Source: Gracilinanus agilis (lineage: Eukaryota). From it: DNA of 64,000 nucleotides. The notes beneath the pieces were generated by a model, which was not told where the DNA came from, made no database searches, and worked only from the letters and a program-made list of their open reading frames with translations. Made by a program: the position numbers and the translations under genes. Position 1 is the first letter of the stretch. The number at the start of each line of letters is the position of its first letter. The stretch lies in the NCBI RefSeq assembly GCF_016433145.1, contig NC_058132.1:298419267-298483266 (forward strand). Reading direction: 5' to 3'. Of the stretch, positions 1 through 11,771 are shown in pieces.

Positions 1-778
1 TATCCCCATTGGACTACATGATAGATCCTACGTTTTTCTTTTGCATTTCTGCTCCCACAGTTCTCTCTCTGGGTGTGGAGAGTGTTCTTTCTTACAAGTT
101 CTTCTGTATCATCCTGGATCATTGTATTGCTGCTAGTATTGTGCCATAATGTATCAGTCTCTTTGAACAATGTTCTCCTGGTTCTCCTCCTTTTGCTCTG
201 CATCAATTCCCAGTTCACATGGAATTCTTCCAGTTAATTATTCCTTTTAGCACAATAGTATCCCATCACCAACAGTTACCACAACTTGTTCAACTATTCC
301 CCAATCAATGGACACCCCCTCATTTTCCAATTTTTTGCTACACAAAGAGTGCGGCTATAAATAATTTTGTACAAGTTTTTTTCCTTATTGTCTTTTTGGA
401 GTATGAACCCAGCAGTGGTATGTCTGGGTCAAAGGGTAGGCATTCTTTTAAAGCCCTTTGTGCATAGTTCCAAATTACCCTCTAGAAGGGTTGGACTGAG
501 TCACAACTCCAACAGCAGTGTATTGTCCCAATTTTGTCACATCCCCTTCAACATTTATCACTTTCTTTTGCTGCCATATTGGCCAGTCTGCTAGGTATAA
601 GGTGGTATCTCAGGATTGTTTTAATTTACATTTCTCTAATGAGAAGGGATTTAGAACACTTTTTCATGTGCTTATTGATAGTTTTGATTTCATCTTGTGA
701 AAACTGCCTATTCATGTCCCTTGCCCATTTGTCAATTGGGAAATGGCTTGATTTTTTTGTAAATTTGACTTAGTCCCT
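1..778 (-). mobile_element. LINE-1 (L1_Mdo-like) ORF2 C-terminal fragment, continuing beyond the window start
   Basis: Reverse complement resembles the in-window L1 at about 31250-31950 (e.g. ataattttgtacaagt vs acttgtacaaaaatatttat; tggtatctcaggattgttt vs aaaacaactctgaggtatca). Confidence 0.92.
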
Positions 779-1273
779 AGGGGCAACTCTTTAATACTAT
801 TACATTATAGCTGTTGGTCTGCATTGATAGAAGAGTTTCTGTACTGATGAATCACAGGTTAAATACATCCTTGATAACTTAACACCTCAAATTCCTTTCC
901 TAATGGGGAGGAAAGGAGTTTTTAAAGCATTACATGGAAGGTAGGTTGTAGATAATTTTTGGTGTTTAATGATAGATTCAAGTCTCTGCATAATAACTTT
1001 GTCTTTAAATTGCATGACTAGTGCTCATAATGGTAATATGACCATAGTTCTTGCCTTGATTGTGGCAAATATATGAACCAAGTTATTGAAATAAGGTATC
1101 TAGTTGGCTTGAAATCACCTTATGTTTTTGATTTATTCAAATCAAGCATATACGAAAAAAATTAGTCAGCTAGCATTCATTAAGTACTTAATATGGGCTA
1201 TATACTTTGTATCTCTGAGGATACAAAAGAAGGCAAAAAATCCCAGTTCCTGTTCTCAAAAAACTTACAGTCT

Positions 1274-1481
1274 CTTGAACACATAGGGATATTATTAGGG
1301 ATGTAGACACTAAATGCTAACTCTAGTCCAACTATCAATAATATGGAATTAGGTCTTGATCAATGATACATGTAAAACCCAGCGGAATTGTGTGTCGGCT
1401 AAGGGGGTTAGGGGAGTTTTGGGAAGAGGGAAAGAACATGAAACATGTAACTATGGGAAAATATTCAAAATAAAAATTAAA
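1274..1481 (+). mobile_element. L1 3'UTR fragment with A-tail and a 16-bp TSD
   Basis: caatatggaattaggtcttgatcaatgatacatgtaaaacccag resembles the 3' end of the L1 at 32120-32260. Flanked by aaaaaacttacagtct (1258-1273) and aaaaaacttacactct (1482-1497). Confidence 0.88.
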
Positions 1482-1863
1482 AAAAAACTTACACTCTAAT
1501 AGGAGAAACAATATGAATACTATGTACAAACAAGACACATATGGAATAAGTTGGGAGTAGTCTTACAGGGAAGGCACTAAGATTAAGGAAAACTTGGAAA
1601 GACTTCTTGCAGAAGGATCTAAGACTCAAAGGAAACCAAGGAAGCTATGATGCAGAGATGAAGATGAAGAACATTTCAGGAATGGAGGACAGCCAACAAA
1701 AATGCCCAGGGCTGAGAATTATAGTGTCTTTTTTGTATAACAATAATGAGGCCATTGTACTGGGTCAAAGAGTACATTTTGGGGACTAAGGTGTAAGAAG
1801 GTAGGAAAGGTCCTGGTTATAAAAAGCTTTTTTATATTTGATCCCAGAGGAAACAGGGATCAG

Positions 1864-2001
1864 NNNNNNNNNNNNNNNNNNNNNNNNNNNNNNNNNNNNN
1901 NNNNNNNNNNNNNNNNNNNNNNNNNNNNNNNNNNNNNNNNNNNNNNNNNNNNNNNNNNNNNNNNNNNNNNNNNNNNNNNNNNNNNNNNNNNNNNNNNNNN
2001 N
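1864..2001. other. Assembly gap (138 N)
   Basis: Run of N. Confidence 1.
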
Positions 2002-2124
2002 ACAGAGAGAAAGTCAGACTTGAATTTTAGGAAGATTGAGAGCTGAGTAGAAAATGGATTTGAGTTAGGAGAGATTTAATTGCAGGGAGGTCAGGTATTA
2101 TAATTAATTTTTTCAGTCCTGATT

Positions 2125-2530
2125 ACTCAATTCAATTAAATAAAAAAATTAAATACCTACTATGTGCAAGGTATTGATGTTACAAAGGGTTCAAGAAATT
2201 TCAGTTCTAATCTTCAATAAATCCTCGAGACCTTTAGTGAATGATTTCCTAGGGAGAGAATAACATATACAAAGAAAATAGAATAAGGTAGGAGGTGATG
2301 GTAACAAGACAAAGATGCTCTAGAAATATCTGAGGGAAAACAGGACATTTGTAGTTGGTTGAGGATGGGGGGTGGGGGAAGATGTCAGAGAAGACTTCAT
2401 TGAGGAGGTGATACCTGACCTGAGCCTTGGAACAAGAGAAAGATTCTGGTGAAGGAGATTTGAAATTGAGATGCCAGCAAACTGAATTCAAGGAACATCT
2501 TTTACTCTTCCCATGTTGATAGCTATTAAG
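2125..2530 (-). mobile_element. Old L2 3' fragment
   Basis: attaaatacctactatgtgcaaggtattg tail plus gagaagacttcattgaggaggtgatacctgacctgagccttg, typical of decayed L2. Confidence 0.55.
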
Positions 2531-4419
2531 TAGAAGCAAAGGATTTTAGAATTTGAAGGGATCTTACAGACCATAGATCCCTCTCATCTTACTAATGAAG
2601 AAATTGAAATGAACCTTTTCCCCTTTTTATCTCTTGCTGAAAAATTGCTTGAATAAAATTAAAAGTCCTATATATTTTCACATCATTTCAGTTTTTAGAA
2701 TATGTTCATATATATATGGATACCCCAAAGCAATAGTGTAACCTGTTAGCCAGCTTCAATATTCTCATTTTGAACTGATCGTTTTTCAAGACATTAGAGT
2801 ATTGATTATGAGTGAAATGCAAAACTGCAGATATAGTCTTCAACCATTAGACCTGGAAGGGATATTAGAGTGCCTGAGAAAATGGAAGTTGTGCTTATTT
2901 ATCCTCAAGAGCTTTCCACAAATCCTCTAGTTCCCTGGTCTAAAATTTATATTCCCATTCTCTGCACCACTGTTATCTAGGTTTTTGTTTTCTTCTGCAA
3001 AGAAAAACTTGTTAACTCAATTACTTATTCCTTTGAATGAAGACTGCATAATATATCTTGGGAGCTGCAAGCAACCAGGAGAAGAACTCGGAGTTTTTGT
3101 TCCCCAATTTTCATTCCTCTGGCTGCAATCCACCCATATAGAAAGCTTTGTCCACTATATTGTTGCAGAGTGAAAGCATATACCACCAACTCATTCATTC
3201 GGACTGTAGTGTTGAAAAACCTATTTACATATGGAAACTGGCTGTCACAATAACAGCTGGCATTGGTGACCTATCACACTAAGATTAGGATGTGTGTGTG
3301 GAGAGATGAATAAACAACTCCCCCTTGGTCCCTTTTGAGGGAGGAAGAAGGGCAAGTGTTTGGAATGGGGTTAGGTATAGACCGAGGAAAGACAATGAGA
3401 GGTGGGTGAGTGGGTTAAACCATTAGTTCACAATTATCATTGAATGAATTAAAAAGAAGCCTTAAGCAAATTGAGCAGAATTTTGAAACCCTGAGCAGTA
3501 CATTGGGCTTTTCCTAGTTCAATGAGCTTAGGCAAGTAAATAGATGTGTCAAAGGATGTTATCCTGGAAGGATAAACAATTTAGCAATCTGCAGTGGATT
3601 TTAAAAATTCATTTCCTTTTACCCAAGAAGTTAGATCTACTAGTAGTAGAGCGAATGAGTAAATAAATCAGTCATCTTTTTCAACTTCTCATAAGTGGTA
3701 ATTTACCTTTGGAGAGAAAAGGGGCTATGGAAGTTATTAGAAGGTTTTTAGACAGGGGTAGGAATAGGTACAAAATTAACTTTGAACCTCTTTTGGCTTC
3801 CTCATTTATCCAAGCCCCCATCTAAAGTGAGTATATTAGAAAAATTTTTTAAGTTGGAAGAGTAACATTGCTGTCTGCAATGCTGAAGTCTAAGAATCTT
3901 GAGTGATGGAGGCAGTCTAATTAAAGAGAGATTGATTTATTAACAGAGCTTTACTGGTCACATAATTTAGCAGCGAGAGGTGTTATGGGGCCCGGGGTAA
4001 AGCAGGACTGCTGAGGCTCAAGATAATTATTGCTTGATTTTGGACAGCTTGACAGATGGGTCTTCATTGTTGCTATAAATCTAGCATGCAATTGAAATTG
4101 CCTTCTTTATTTAATAGGATTGAATGGCACATTGCTGATTGTGACATCACAGTCCTCTGCAATACACACCACCATCTTTCAGATTTCGAAGGCTTTGTCC
4201 TAAGGCTTCTCTTCTGCTTGTTTATTCAGCTGCACACTTTACATGTGGTCTTATCCCAGCAATGGATCCAGTCCATTTTCCACCTGTTTCTCTGTTTAAA
4301 TTTGGAGTTTCCAACTGTCATTCTTTTTGGCATGGTGGAACTCTGACTTAGTTAAGGAAGATCCATTCTTTAACTAGATTAGTATAAATATTTGAGTTAA
4401 TTGTCCTACTGTTTTAAAA

Positions 4420-4690
4420 TTCGATATATACATACATATGACAACATGCATATATAATATATAACAATACATATAATGTATATCGATTATGTCAAATATT
4501 ATTGTCTATAATCATCTATATGGTTTTATGTATCTTTATTATTTATTTATCTTTATATATAATGTGTATATGTAGCAGAGAGAGAAAGAGGGGGAGAGAG
4601 AAAGAGAGGGAGAAATGCAGAGAGAGAAAGGGGGAGGGAGAGAAAGACTAGAAAAGAGGGGATAGATGAAAGAGAAATTCTAGGTAGAGT
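4420..4690. repeat. Low complexity: TA-rich tract followed by (GA)n/GA-rich polypurine tract
   Basis: atatacatacatatg...atatat then agagagagaaagagggggagagagaaagagaggg. Confidence 0.85.
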
Positions 4691-5069
4691 TGAGGAGACT
4701 ATTAACTAAATATTAGAGACAAGCAAGAGAGAAGACTCTGCTCACACCAAGGCTTTTGTGAATGTGTATATATGTGTATACATATACATATAAATAACCT
4801 CATATTCATATCTCTCCTTTCATGCACTGAATGAAAACTTTGGGCCAATAAGAATGTTCATCTGGAGGTCACAAAGGTGGATAGTAATGTGTTATATCTT
4901 TGTCACCCTGCCTCATAGGAGACATAGCTTAGTTGGAGGATGTATATATATATATCACATATGTAAATAAGGTTTATAAGGGAGATATTATTTTATATTA
5001 TGAGTTACATATATAAAGCAGAGGTATGGTAATGTGTTGTAAATTGAGAGCCAAATCTGGGCTCTGCTA

Positions 5070-5235
5070 CCCAGAGGTGCAGTGACAGACAGAGGCCTGG
5101 ATATGGAGTTGGAGATCCTGACTTCAAGTCTGGGCTCTGCTACTTACAACCTTTATGCCTTCGGCAAGCTTCTGATCCCAGTGTCCTTATCTGTAAAAAG
5201 ATGACCCTTGTAGCTTTAAGTCTAGGATCCTGTCA
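5070..5235 (+). mobile_element. MIR/MIR3 CORE-SINE
   Basis: gacttcaagtctgggctctgctacttac...cagtgtccttatctgtaaaa CORE signature. Confidence 0.7.
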
Positions 5236-6330
5236 TTTTGAGCTTAATTTAAGACATACTGAACTTAAGGTGACTATAGAGCAAACAAGTAGAGATCTGA
5301 GCTGGGAACTTATGAGACAAGTCAAGGTTGATGATTTAGATTTAGGAATGATACTCAAGTATTAGCTGAAGCTCTGGTAACAAATTGGACTCCCAGGGAA
5401 CAATCTATAAAGAGAGAATGACAGAGCAACAAGAACCTTGAGGAGAACTTATACAGGGGATTGGGTCAGGGAGAGAAGTAATATTAGGAAAGGTGGAGAA
5501 CAAAGACTGTGGTCCCTTTGAAACCAAGGATAGAGAAAGAAATCAGAGGAGGTGGGTGTCCAGCAAGTGCTATAGAGAGATAAAGGACTTTTGAAAGCTA
5601 ACAATTGGTTTTGGGGAGGTAATCTGGTAAATGGAAGAGCACTTTGAGTAAGTGGTAAAAGTGCAAGCCATATTGCAAGAGGTTGATCTCGGAGTGGATG
5701 AGGATGTGGAAGTATCAGGAATAGGCATCTATTCAAGAAGGTTAACTGACTTCAATGAGAGGAAAGAGATACCACAGTAGTTCAAAAGGGGTAGAAGGAA
5801 CCGCCAATAAGGTAGAAGGTGATTCTTTAAGGAAATGTTTATTTTGCCTGCAAATGAGAGGGAATCAGCAGAGGAATTAAAGAATTTATGAGGGAATAAT
5901 TGATGGACTAATGTCCTAGATGAGGTGGAAAAGTAGACTGTCAAAGGCACATTTAGAAAAGAGCCTTATGAACAAGTATAGAGATAACTCTTCCATCAAA
6001 ACAAGTGGTGTACTATTGTGGATTTTTTTTCTTTCAACCTTAAAATTTTTTTACTGTAAGGAATGACTTTCTGGCAGAAAAAAGTGGAGAAATTCAACTG
6101 GAAAGGTTGATAAATTAAAGAAGTGACGCTGTGGAATAGAGGTAAGGTGGGATTGCCCTTATCAGATGTTCATAGTTTTCCTCAGTATAGAGGGAAGTTG
6201 AGGCATCTGTTGTAATTATATCTAGGGATGTAAATATATCTAGGAGGAGGGTACTTCATGAGAGGAGCAAAGGTTGGAAACAGTTGCAGTGGGGAATTGA
6301 ATAAGCAACCAAAAAGATTGAAGTAGAAAG
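5236..6330 (-). mobile_element. L2 LINE ORF2 remnant
   Basis: Purine-rich L2 body with gatttagatttaggaatg and aagtgtcaaa-like motifs. The minus ORFs 5449..5736 and 5729..5950 are Pro/Ser/Leu-rich, as in decayed L2 ORF2. Confidence 0.7.
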
Positions 6331-7292
6331 ATTGCCCAGCTGATGTTAAATGCCTGATTTTCCATGTGCTTCCTCATTGCATAAAGCATGCTTAATGTAG
6401 ATACCTCTTGGGGTCAGAACACATTTTCTAAGCTTCAGTGGCAGAGAAACCTTTGAAAATCTCCCCAAGGGGCTCTGATTGTGATTTTATTCTAGTCTAA
6501 AATTAATATAGGACAGAGAGGTCTAGAGCGCCAAGTTGCTATAATAGAGATTGAATGAACCTAGCATGGGAGTGGCAGGTGTGATAACTTCATTACACAA
6601 GCCTCTGAAATATTCATTTTCATCAAAAGAATCAGCTTCAGGGAGGGGTTGATGGAGGTAGGGGGAGAAACTCACCCTCCGTGTTAATTAATGGCTGGTT
6701 TATTTATTGTTATTCCCAGTTACAGCAGTAGTTTAAGGTCAAATGAAGACTGCCCCATTGTCTACTCTACATAGTTCTTCTCACAGAACCAGCTCTCTTG
6801 CTTTGAGTTTCTGGCTCCTAGTGATTTTTAATCACCACTGATCTAGACTGAATTTAAATGTTTTCTTGAGGTCAAAGTTGCCATATCTCATTAACTCATC
6901 CCTGAGCCATTTCTCCTGGCCACAGCCTGATATTATTCAATTGAAACTTATTTTTATCTTGAAAAGTGGTGAAAATGTGTTCATCAGAATGATCCAGTTT
7001 GACCTGATTTCTTCTGGAAGATTTCAACCTGTCTGACTTCAATACAGGGCTAGGACTGTTGTGTTGAGTATTATACCGAAGGAAAATAGAGTTGTCATTC
7101 AAACTTCTCCCAGAAATTTGGGAAGAGATTCAGTTGAACTCTCTGATCAGGCCCAATGCTAATGGTTTCTTCTTATTTAATAGTGAAAATGGGTTTTGCT
7201 GCTGACTTAAAAACTGAAAATCGAAGAGACTGTGGATAAGATGATCCTTAGGGCTCTTTAGCTGTTCTTTTTTCTTAAGTCATTCTTAGCAT

Positions 7293-7780
7293 TGTTGTGG
7301 GATGTTTGTAGCAGGGTCTCGCCCTAAGAACAAGAGACTCAAACTCCATTCTATCCAGAAGTAAGTAAAGATTTTATTTGAAATAGAAGAGGTTTATGGT
7401 GGTATATATAGCCTAATAGCTATTGGAAGTCCGGGGCCTAATCAGGTAGCCTTAGGGCTGATGGATAAAACCAGGGGCCAGTAGAGTAGTCTCTCTGGAG
7501 CTGATGGTATAGTAGCTCTCCAGGTGTGTAGCAGCTTACATCCTCTGTGGATCAGGTTTGGCCTATTTATTAGGGTCTGGGGGCTAGTCATCTCCAATTC
7601 CAAAGAAATCTTCACCTCTCCCGATAACCTGGAAAATGGACATGGGCAAATTCAGATGGAGGTGTATTTTGGGATTTGACATGTACTACATAAAGAATAA
7701 GAAGCATGCACAGGTTTGGAGGATTCTTCTGGAATGTCAGAATCCCCCACTGTGCAGGCTCCATGTTCCCCCATTGTACA
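7293..7780 (-). mobile_element. Probable solo ERV LTR
   Basis: Begins TGTTGTGG and ends CCCCCATTGTACA (TG...CA). AATAAA on the minus strand at 7373-7378, about 80 nt from the end. GC-richer than the flanks. No clear TSD. Confidence 0.5.
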
Positions 7781-8848
7781 TCTTTTCATCATTTCTCAAT
7801 ATGGGAGAGGTCTCACTGCCCTTCTGGAATGAGAGTATGGGGCAGGGGAGTACCATACATTGGAGGACCACTATAGGTAATTAATGATATCTTACAGTTC
7901 TGAACTAGAGTAAAAATAGAACAACATAAGTAATTAATAAAACAGATTAGGCACAAAGTTGATGCCTAGGACAGGATATTATAGATCCAGTACACAGAAT
8001 GGATAACTGATCAATCTACAATTCATGCTTGACATGCTGAAATTACAGGTTTTTTAGTTGGTTTTTAACTAGTGCTAACTAGTGAGAAATACCCTTCACA
8101 GTCTGCTCTCTGCCCCCAAAAGCATTTTTTCCTTTCTATTTCACAAATAAAAATGACTAGAAGTCAATTTATTTAAAATGGGGAAATTTTAAGCCTTCTA
8201 CTCTATTAAGAGCTCTTAGGTAAATGATACTACTTGGTAGGATTATCATCTAAGGTTCTAGAGGATGGAAAAATATTCCATTTTCCTTTCAGAGTACCTC
8301 ACCTTTGAAAAGGCATAAACATAACTACTTTTAACTAAAAAAAAAAAGCATTTTAATGTAATTTTGAATATATTTGTATCATGAGCATTTGACTCTAATA
8401 GACTCAGTGGAACACCACTGTGAGTTAGCAATAGCTCATCTATATTTCTAAAAACTACAAAGCTATAAAATCATTCAGGTTAAAAGTTAATTTTTTTAAA
8501 TGCCATGTAATGCTACAGATTATATTTGAAAATATAATCATCTCCTCCCAATAACAGGTATATCTTATCATTTCTTTGAGTAAAACACAGGTATATTTTT
8601 AAAATGCAGCCTATGTCACTGGATATAATAGAGTATCCAGAAAAATAAGGTTTAAAGGGAAAATAGAAGTTATTCTAACTAGTTTATGCAAAAGAAGGAA
8701 AACCTACAGTACAAATTATATTTTCTTCATGCTTTGATTTTGATGTAAAACCTTACTTCCATTTTCCTATGAAAGGAAATGAAAAAGACTTTAATTATTT
8801 AGAATAGTGTAGAAATCAGTTTCTTCTTTCATTCAAACCAAGGTGGTT

Positions 8849-9048
8849 TGGGGGCAGCTGGATGGCTCAGTGGATTGAGAGCCAGGCCTAGAGATAGGAG
8901 ATCCTAGGTTCAAATCTGGCCTCAGACACTTCCTAGCTGTGTGACCCTGGGCAAGTCACTTAACCCCCCTTGCCTAGCCCTGTAACAAATAAAATTAATA
9001 CAGAAGGATAAATATAAAAGATATTAGGGTTTAAAAAAATTAAAAAAA
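8849..9048 (+). mobile_element. SINE1_Mdo-type tRNA-derived SINE with an atypical 3' half and a 14-bp TSD
   Basis: ggggcagctggatggctcagtggattgagagccaggcc...ggttcaaatc (A/B boxes). TSD aaaccaaggtggtt at 8835-8848 and 9049-9062. Confidence 0.92.
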
Positions 9049-10180
9049 AAACCAAGGTGGTTGGTGAGTAGATTATTTTTGGCATAAAGGTCCATTTATT
9101 TTACCTCAAACTACCTTACCCTGCCACTAGTGAAAATTGTGGTTGGTGCCATTGATTGCATTTGCTTCGTTCCCAGCTCTCTACCTTCTTCCACTAAATG
9201 GCAACATTCACTCCTCCACATTCTACCCCTTTTGCCAGCACTCAACATGAAAGTTCGTCAACACCCTGGCCTACTCTTTTCAAAAGTTTGCCAACTTCTA
9301 AGATATTTCATTTTTATTGATGTGTGAACATGTGATGTTTTATCGTATTTCATTAAGTTACATTGTTAGAGTGGCCAACACCTATCCTTGCCAAAGACAG
9401 TATTAGATAGAGGTATTAGATACTGTATTAGATATTCACGTTTTAGATATTAGATACTATATTAGATATTAGGTGTATAGATATTGTGTTATATAGATCA
9501 AGGAATTATGCAGAGGTTCTAGCAAATGGACTTGCCAAAAAGCCTCCCTCCAAACACAAGGAAAGCCGTATCTCCCCTCAATTCATTTTTTTTTTTTCAC
9601 TTTGAATTTGGATAAAATTCTCTGAATATACTTGTGACTTCTAGATTGTAAGCTTCTGGTGGCCAAGACACTTTCACATTTAGGGTTAGCTTTGTGACAC
9701 ATCCCTGTGTGCCTATCTTTAACTAGATTGCTTTACAATCCAAAATCCTGGCTGACTGCTTTGGCATTTAAGCACTTTTACCTTCAAAATTCATATGTTC
9801 AACACTGAGTTTCTTAGTGCATTTGTGTGTGTGTGTGTCTCCTTTTCTCTTACAATTTGCTAATTTTTGATTCCCAGATTATGAGTCTAATTTGTAACTG
9901 AATATTTTCCTCTCATTTGAGTGCCCTCAAAATGTATTTCAATAGGGTGTTATTAACAGACTGAGAAGTAAGAGGATGAGCAGTGGCTCCTTCTTAAAAA
10001 TAAGCCAAGTCTCTTGGGTTCTGAGTTCCCCAATTTGCATAGGTATCTCAGTGATCTGTGTTCTCTTGGCAGTTTTCTTCCAGTGTTGAAAAGGCTACTT
10101 CTGATGACTATATTCACAATGAAAGAAAACATCCCTAACAAGGTTGAAATTATTCTGAATAATATTTTCTTTCTTTTTAG

Positions 10181-10224
10181 CTGTCTCCGTAATGAGGTAC
10201 AGCGCCTCTGCTTTTGGGTTTGCT
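10181..10224 (+). CDS. TMEM163: TMEM163 internal coding exon (44 nt; by recall the equivalent of human exon 3)
   Basis: Polypyrimidine tract plus AG (ttttctttctttttAG, 10180), CTAAC branch-like site at 10135-10139 and GTAAGT donor at 10225. Phase-1 start, then GTC TCC GTA ATG AGG TAC AGC GCC TCT GCT TTT GGG TTT GCT = VSVMRYSASAFGFA, matching TMEM163 as recalled. Joins in frame to the next exon. Confidence 0.93.
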
Positions 10225-10754
10225 GTAAGTAATTTGAAATGTCCTTTTATGCTGTTTTGCCCCATTATCTGAGCCATGTAACCTTGCCACGGATTCTGTG
10301 AATTTGAGTAGTCAGGATACAGTAACTTACTCTGAGAAGATCAGCAATGGGAACAATCTCAATATATAATTGGATCCTTTAGAATTGAGAAATGCTTAAT
10401 ACCTTAGTATTTAACAACAGAATTGATTCTGAGACCAAATTCCCAGCCATACAGGTGAAGTATTTTGGTATGTCACTCTGGGCAGATGAAATCTCTTTCA
10501 TGTAATGATAAATGCCTACTTTGCTGCAATCAGTTTCTGGGATATTTTAGGATTTCAGCTTTTTTTTTTTTAGTTCCCCAATTTCATTGTAGACTTGAAA
10601 ATGATATTAATTCAACTATCCTCTGTTTGTGCATGATCCCCCATAGGATCACACTTAACAGAAAGATTACATATGGATTAAACTTGACTCTAAGTCACCT
10701 TCCAGGGGAAGCACAAGATTCTGAGGCCCTAGTTCCTATTTACTTTAGACTGAG

Positions 10755-10944
10755 CAGGAATTCTTAGGCATTCTGTGTCTTGGATCTCTTTGATGAAGCC
10801 TATGGATCCTTTCTTGGAATAATGTTTTTAAATGCATAGAATAAAATAACTAGGATTGCTAAAGGAAGAAATTATATTGAAACAGTTATAAAAATATTCT
10901 TAAAGAAAAAAATAAATTGACAGTCCCCAGTTTCAGAACTTCTG
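10755..10944 (+). mobile_element. hAT-Charlie (Charlie4-like) MITE between the two TMEM163 exons
   Basis: Imperfect TIRs CAGGAATTCT/AGAACTTCTG. Internal gaagcctatggatcc...ataatgtttttaaatgcata motif is shared with the copies at 25460, 34776 and 44959. Confidence 0.8.
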
Positions 10945-11679
10945 CTCTAAAGTCTAGTTTAAAGAATGCTGAGAGATGCTATTTAGACTGTGATGCTATT
11001 TACAGAGGGGAGGAAGTAGGATAGCTACACTTTCAAAAGTTTCATTTGTAAAGCAATTAAGGGTCAGAGGTTGTATTTTTCTGAAATTTCACTGAATGAA
11101 AAGAATTCATCAGATGCAAAATGTGACTAATGGTAAAAGGATATAAAGGGCCTCACTTCAATACTACTTACAACATTGAGGTTTCTTGCTTTTCCCCTCA
11201 ATCTCTCCTACACAGATATATTCCATTCTCAAATCAATTTTCTCTCTTCAATAGAGGAACTTTAAAACATATGGGAAAAATATTCCTAAAGTCCTTTAGC
11301 AGGGATGTGTTGAATTTCACCCAAATCATCTAAATTCTGTTAAAACTAGATTCAGTGTCTTGGGCATCACTGTAACCCCTTTATTCTTAATGTTTCCAGA
11401 GTGCTGGCAGCTAGAGGGCATGCTAACAGATCTTACCGTAACAAAAATTGTAGTTTTTAAAGTTAGTTAGCAAAGGGGATGATACCTTTTTTTTATGATA
11501 ATGAATAATTAGATGTACAGGGTTCTTTAATGCCCAAGGGTTTGCTATTTTCTGGTAAATCAGTGATAGTATTGACTTTCAATGAGTATGAAGTCTCCTT
11601 TCCCCGAAATGAACTTGCTAAATGTTTCCAGCAGAACAACTCTGGAAACCAACTGACTCTCTGTATTTCCTTCCTCCAG

Positions 11680-11771
11680 TTTGATGCCATCTTGGATGTT
11701 TTGTCATCAGCAATTGTCCTGTGGCGCTATAGCAATGCAGCAGCTGTACACTCTGCACATAGGGAATACAT
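11680..11771 (+). CDS. TMEM163: TMEM163 internal coding exon (92 nt; by recall the equivalent of human exon 4), containing the DAILD (DxxxD) zinc-site motif
   Basis: CTGAC branch at 11653-11657, pyrimidine tract, CAG acceptor ending at 11679 and GTGAGT donor at 11772. Encodes FDAILDVLSSAIVLWRYSNAAAVHSAHREY+AT, identical to the recalled mammalian TMEM163 peptide. It is the C-terminal part of ORF 11530..11775. Confidence 0.96.

Larger units (their letters stand above)
1162..2100 (-). mobile_element. L2 LINE 3' end (marsupial type), interrupted by an L1 fragment and a gap
   Basis: Typical L2 tail in reverse (cattcattaagtactta...gatacaaaagaaggc...ctcaaaaaacttacagtct), followed by the purine-rich L2 body. 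Confidence 0.65.

Noticed and set aside
4231-4237. Metal-response elements TGCRCNC (also 17402, 45232, about 62160) in a zinc-transporter gene
   Set aside because: A degenerate 7-mer is expected many times by chance in 64 kb, and the hits are isolated rather than clustered.
11530-11679. N-terminal 50 codons of ORF 11530..11775 as protein-coding
   Set aside because: Intronic. Similarity to TMEM163 starts only at the CAG acceptor (11679).
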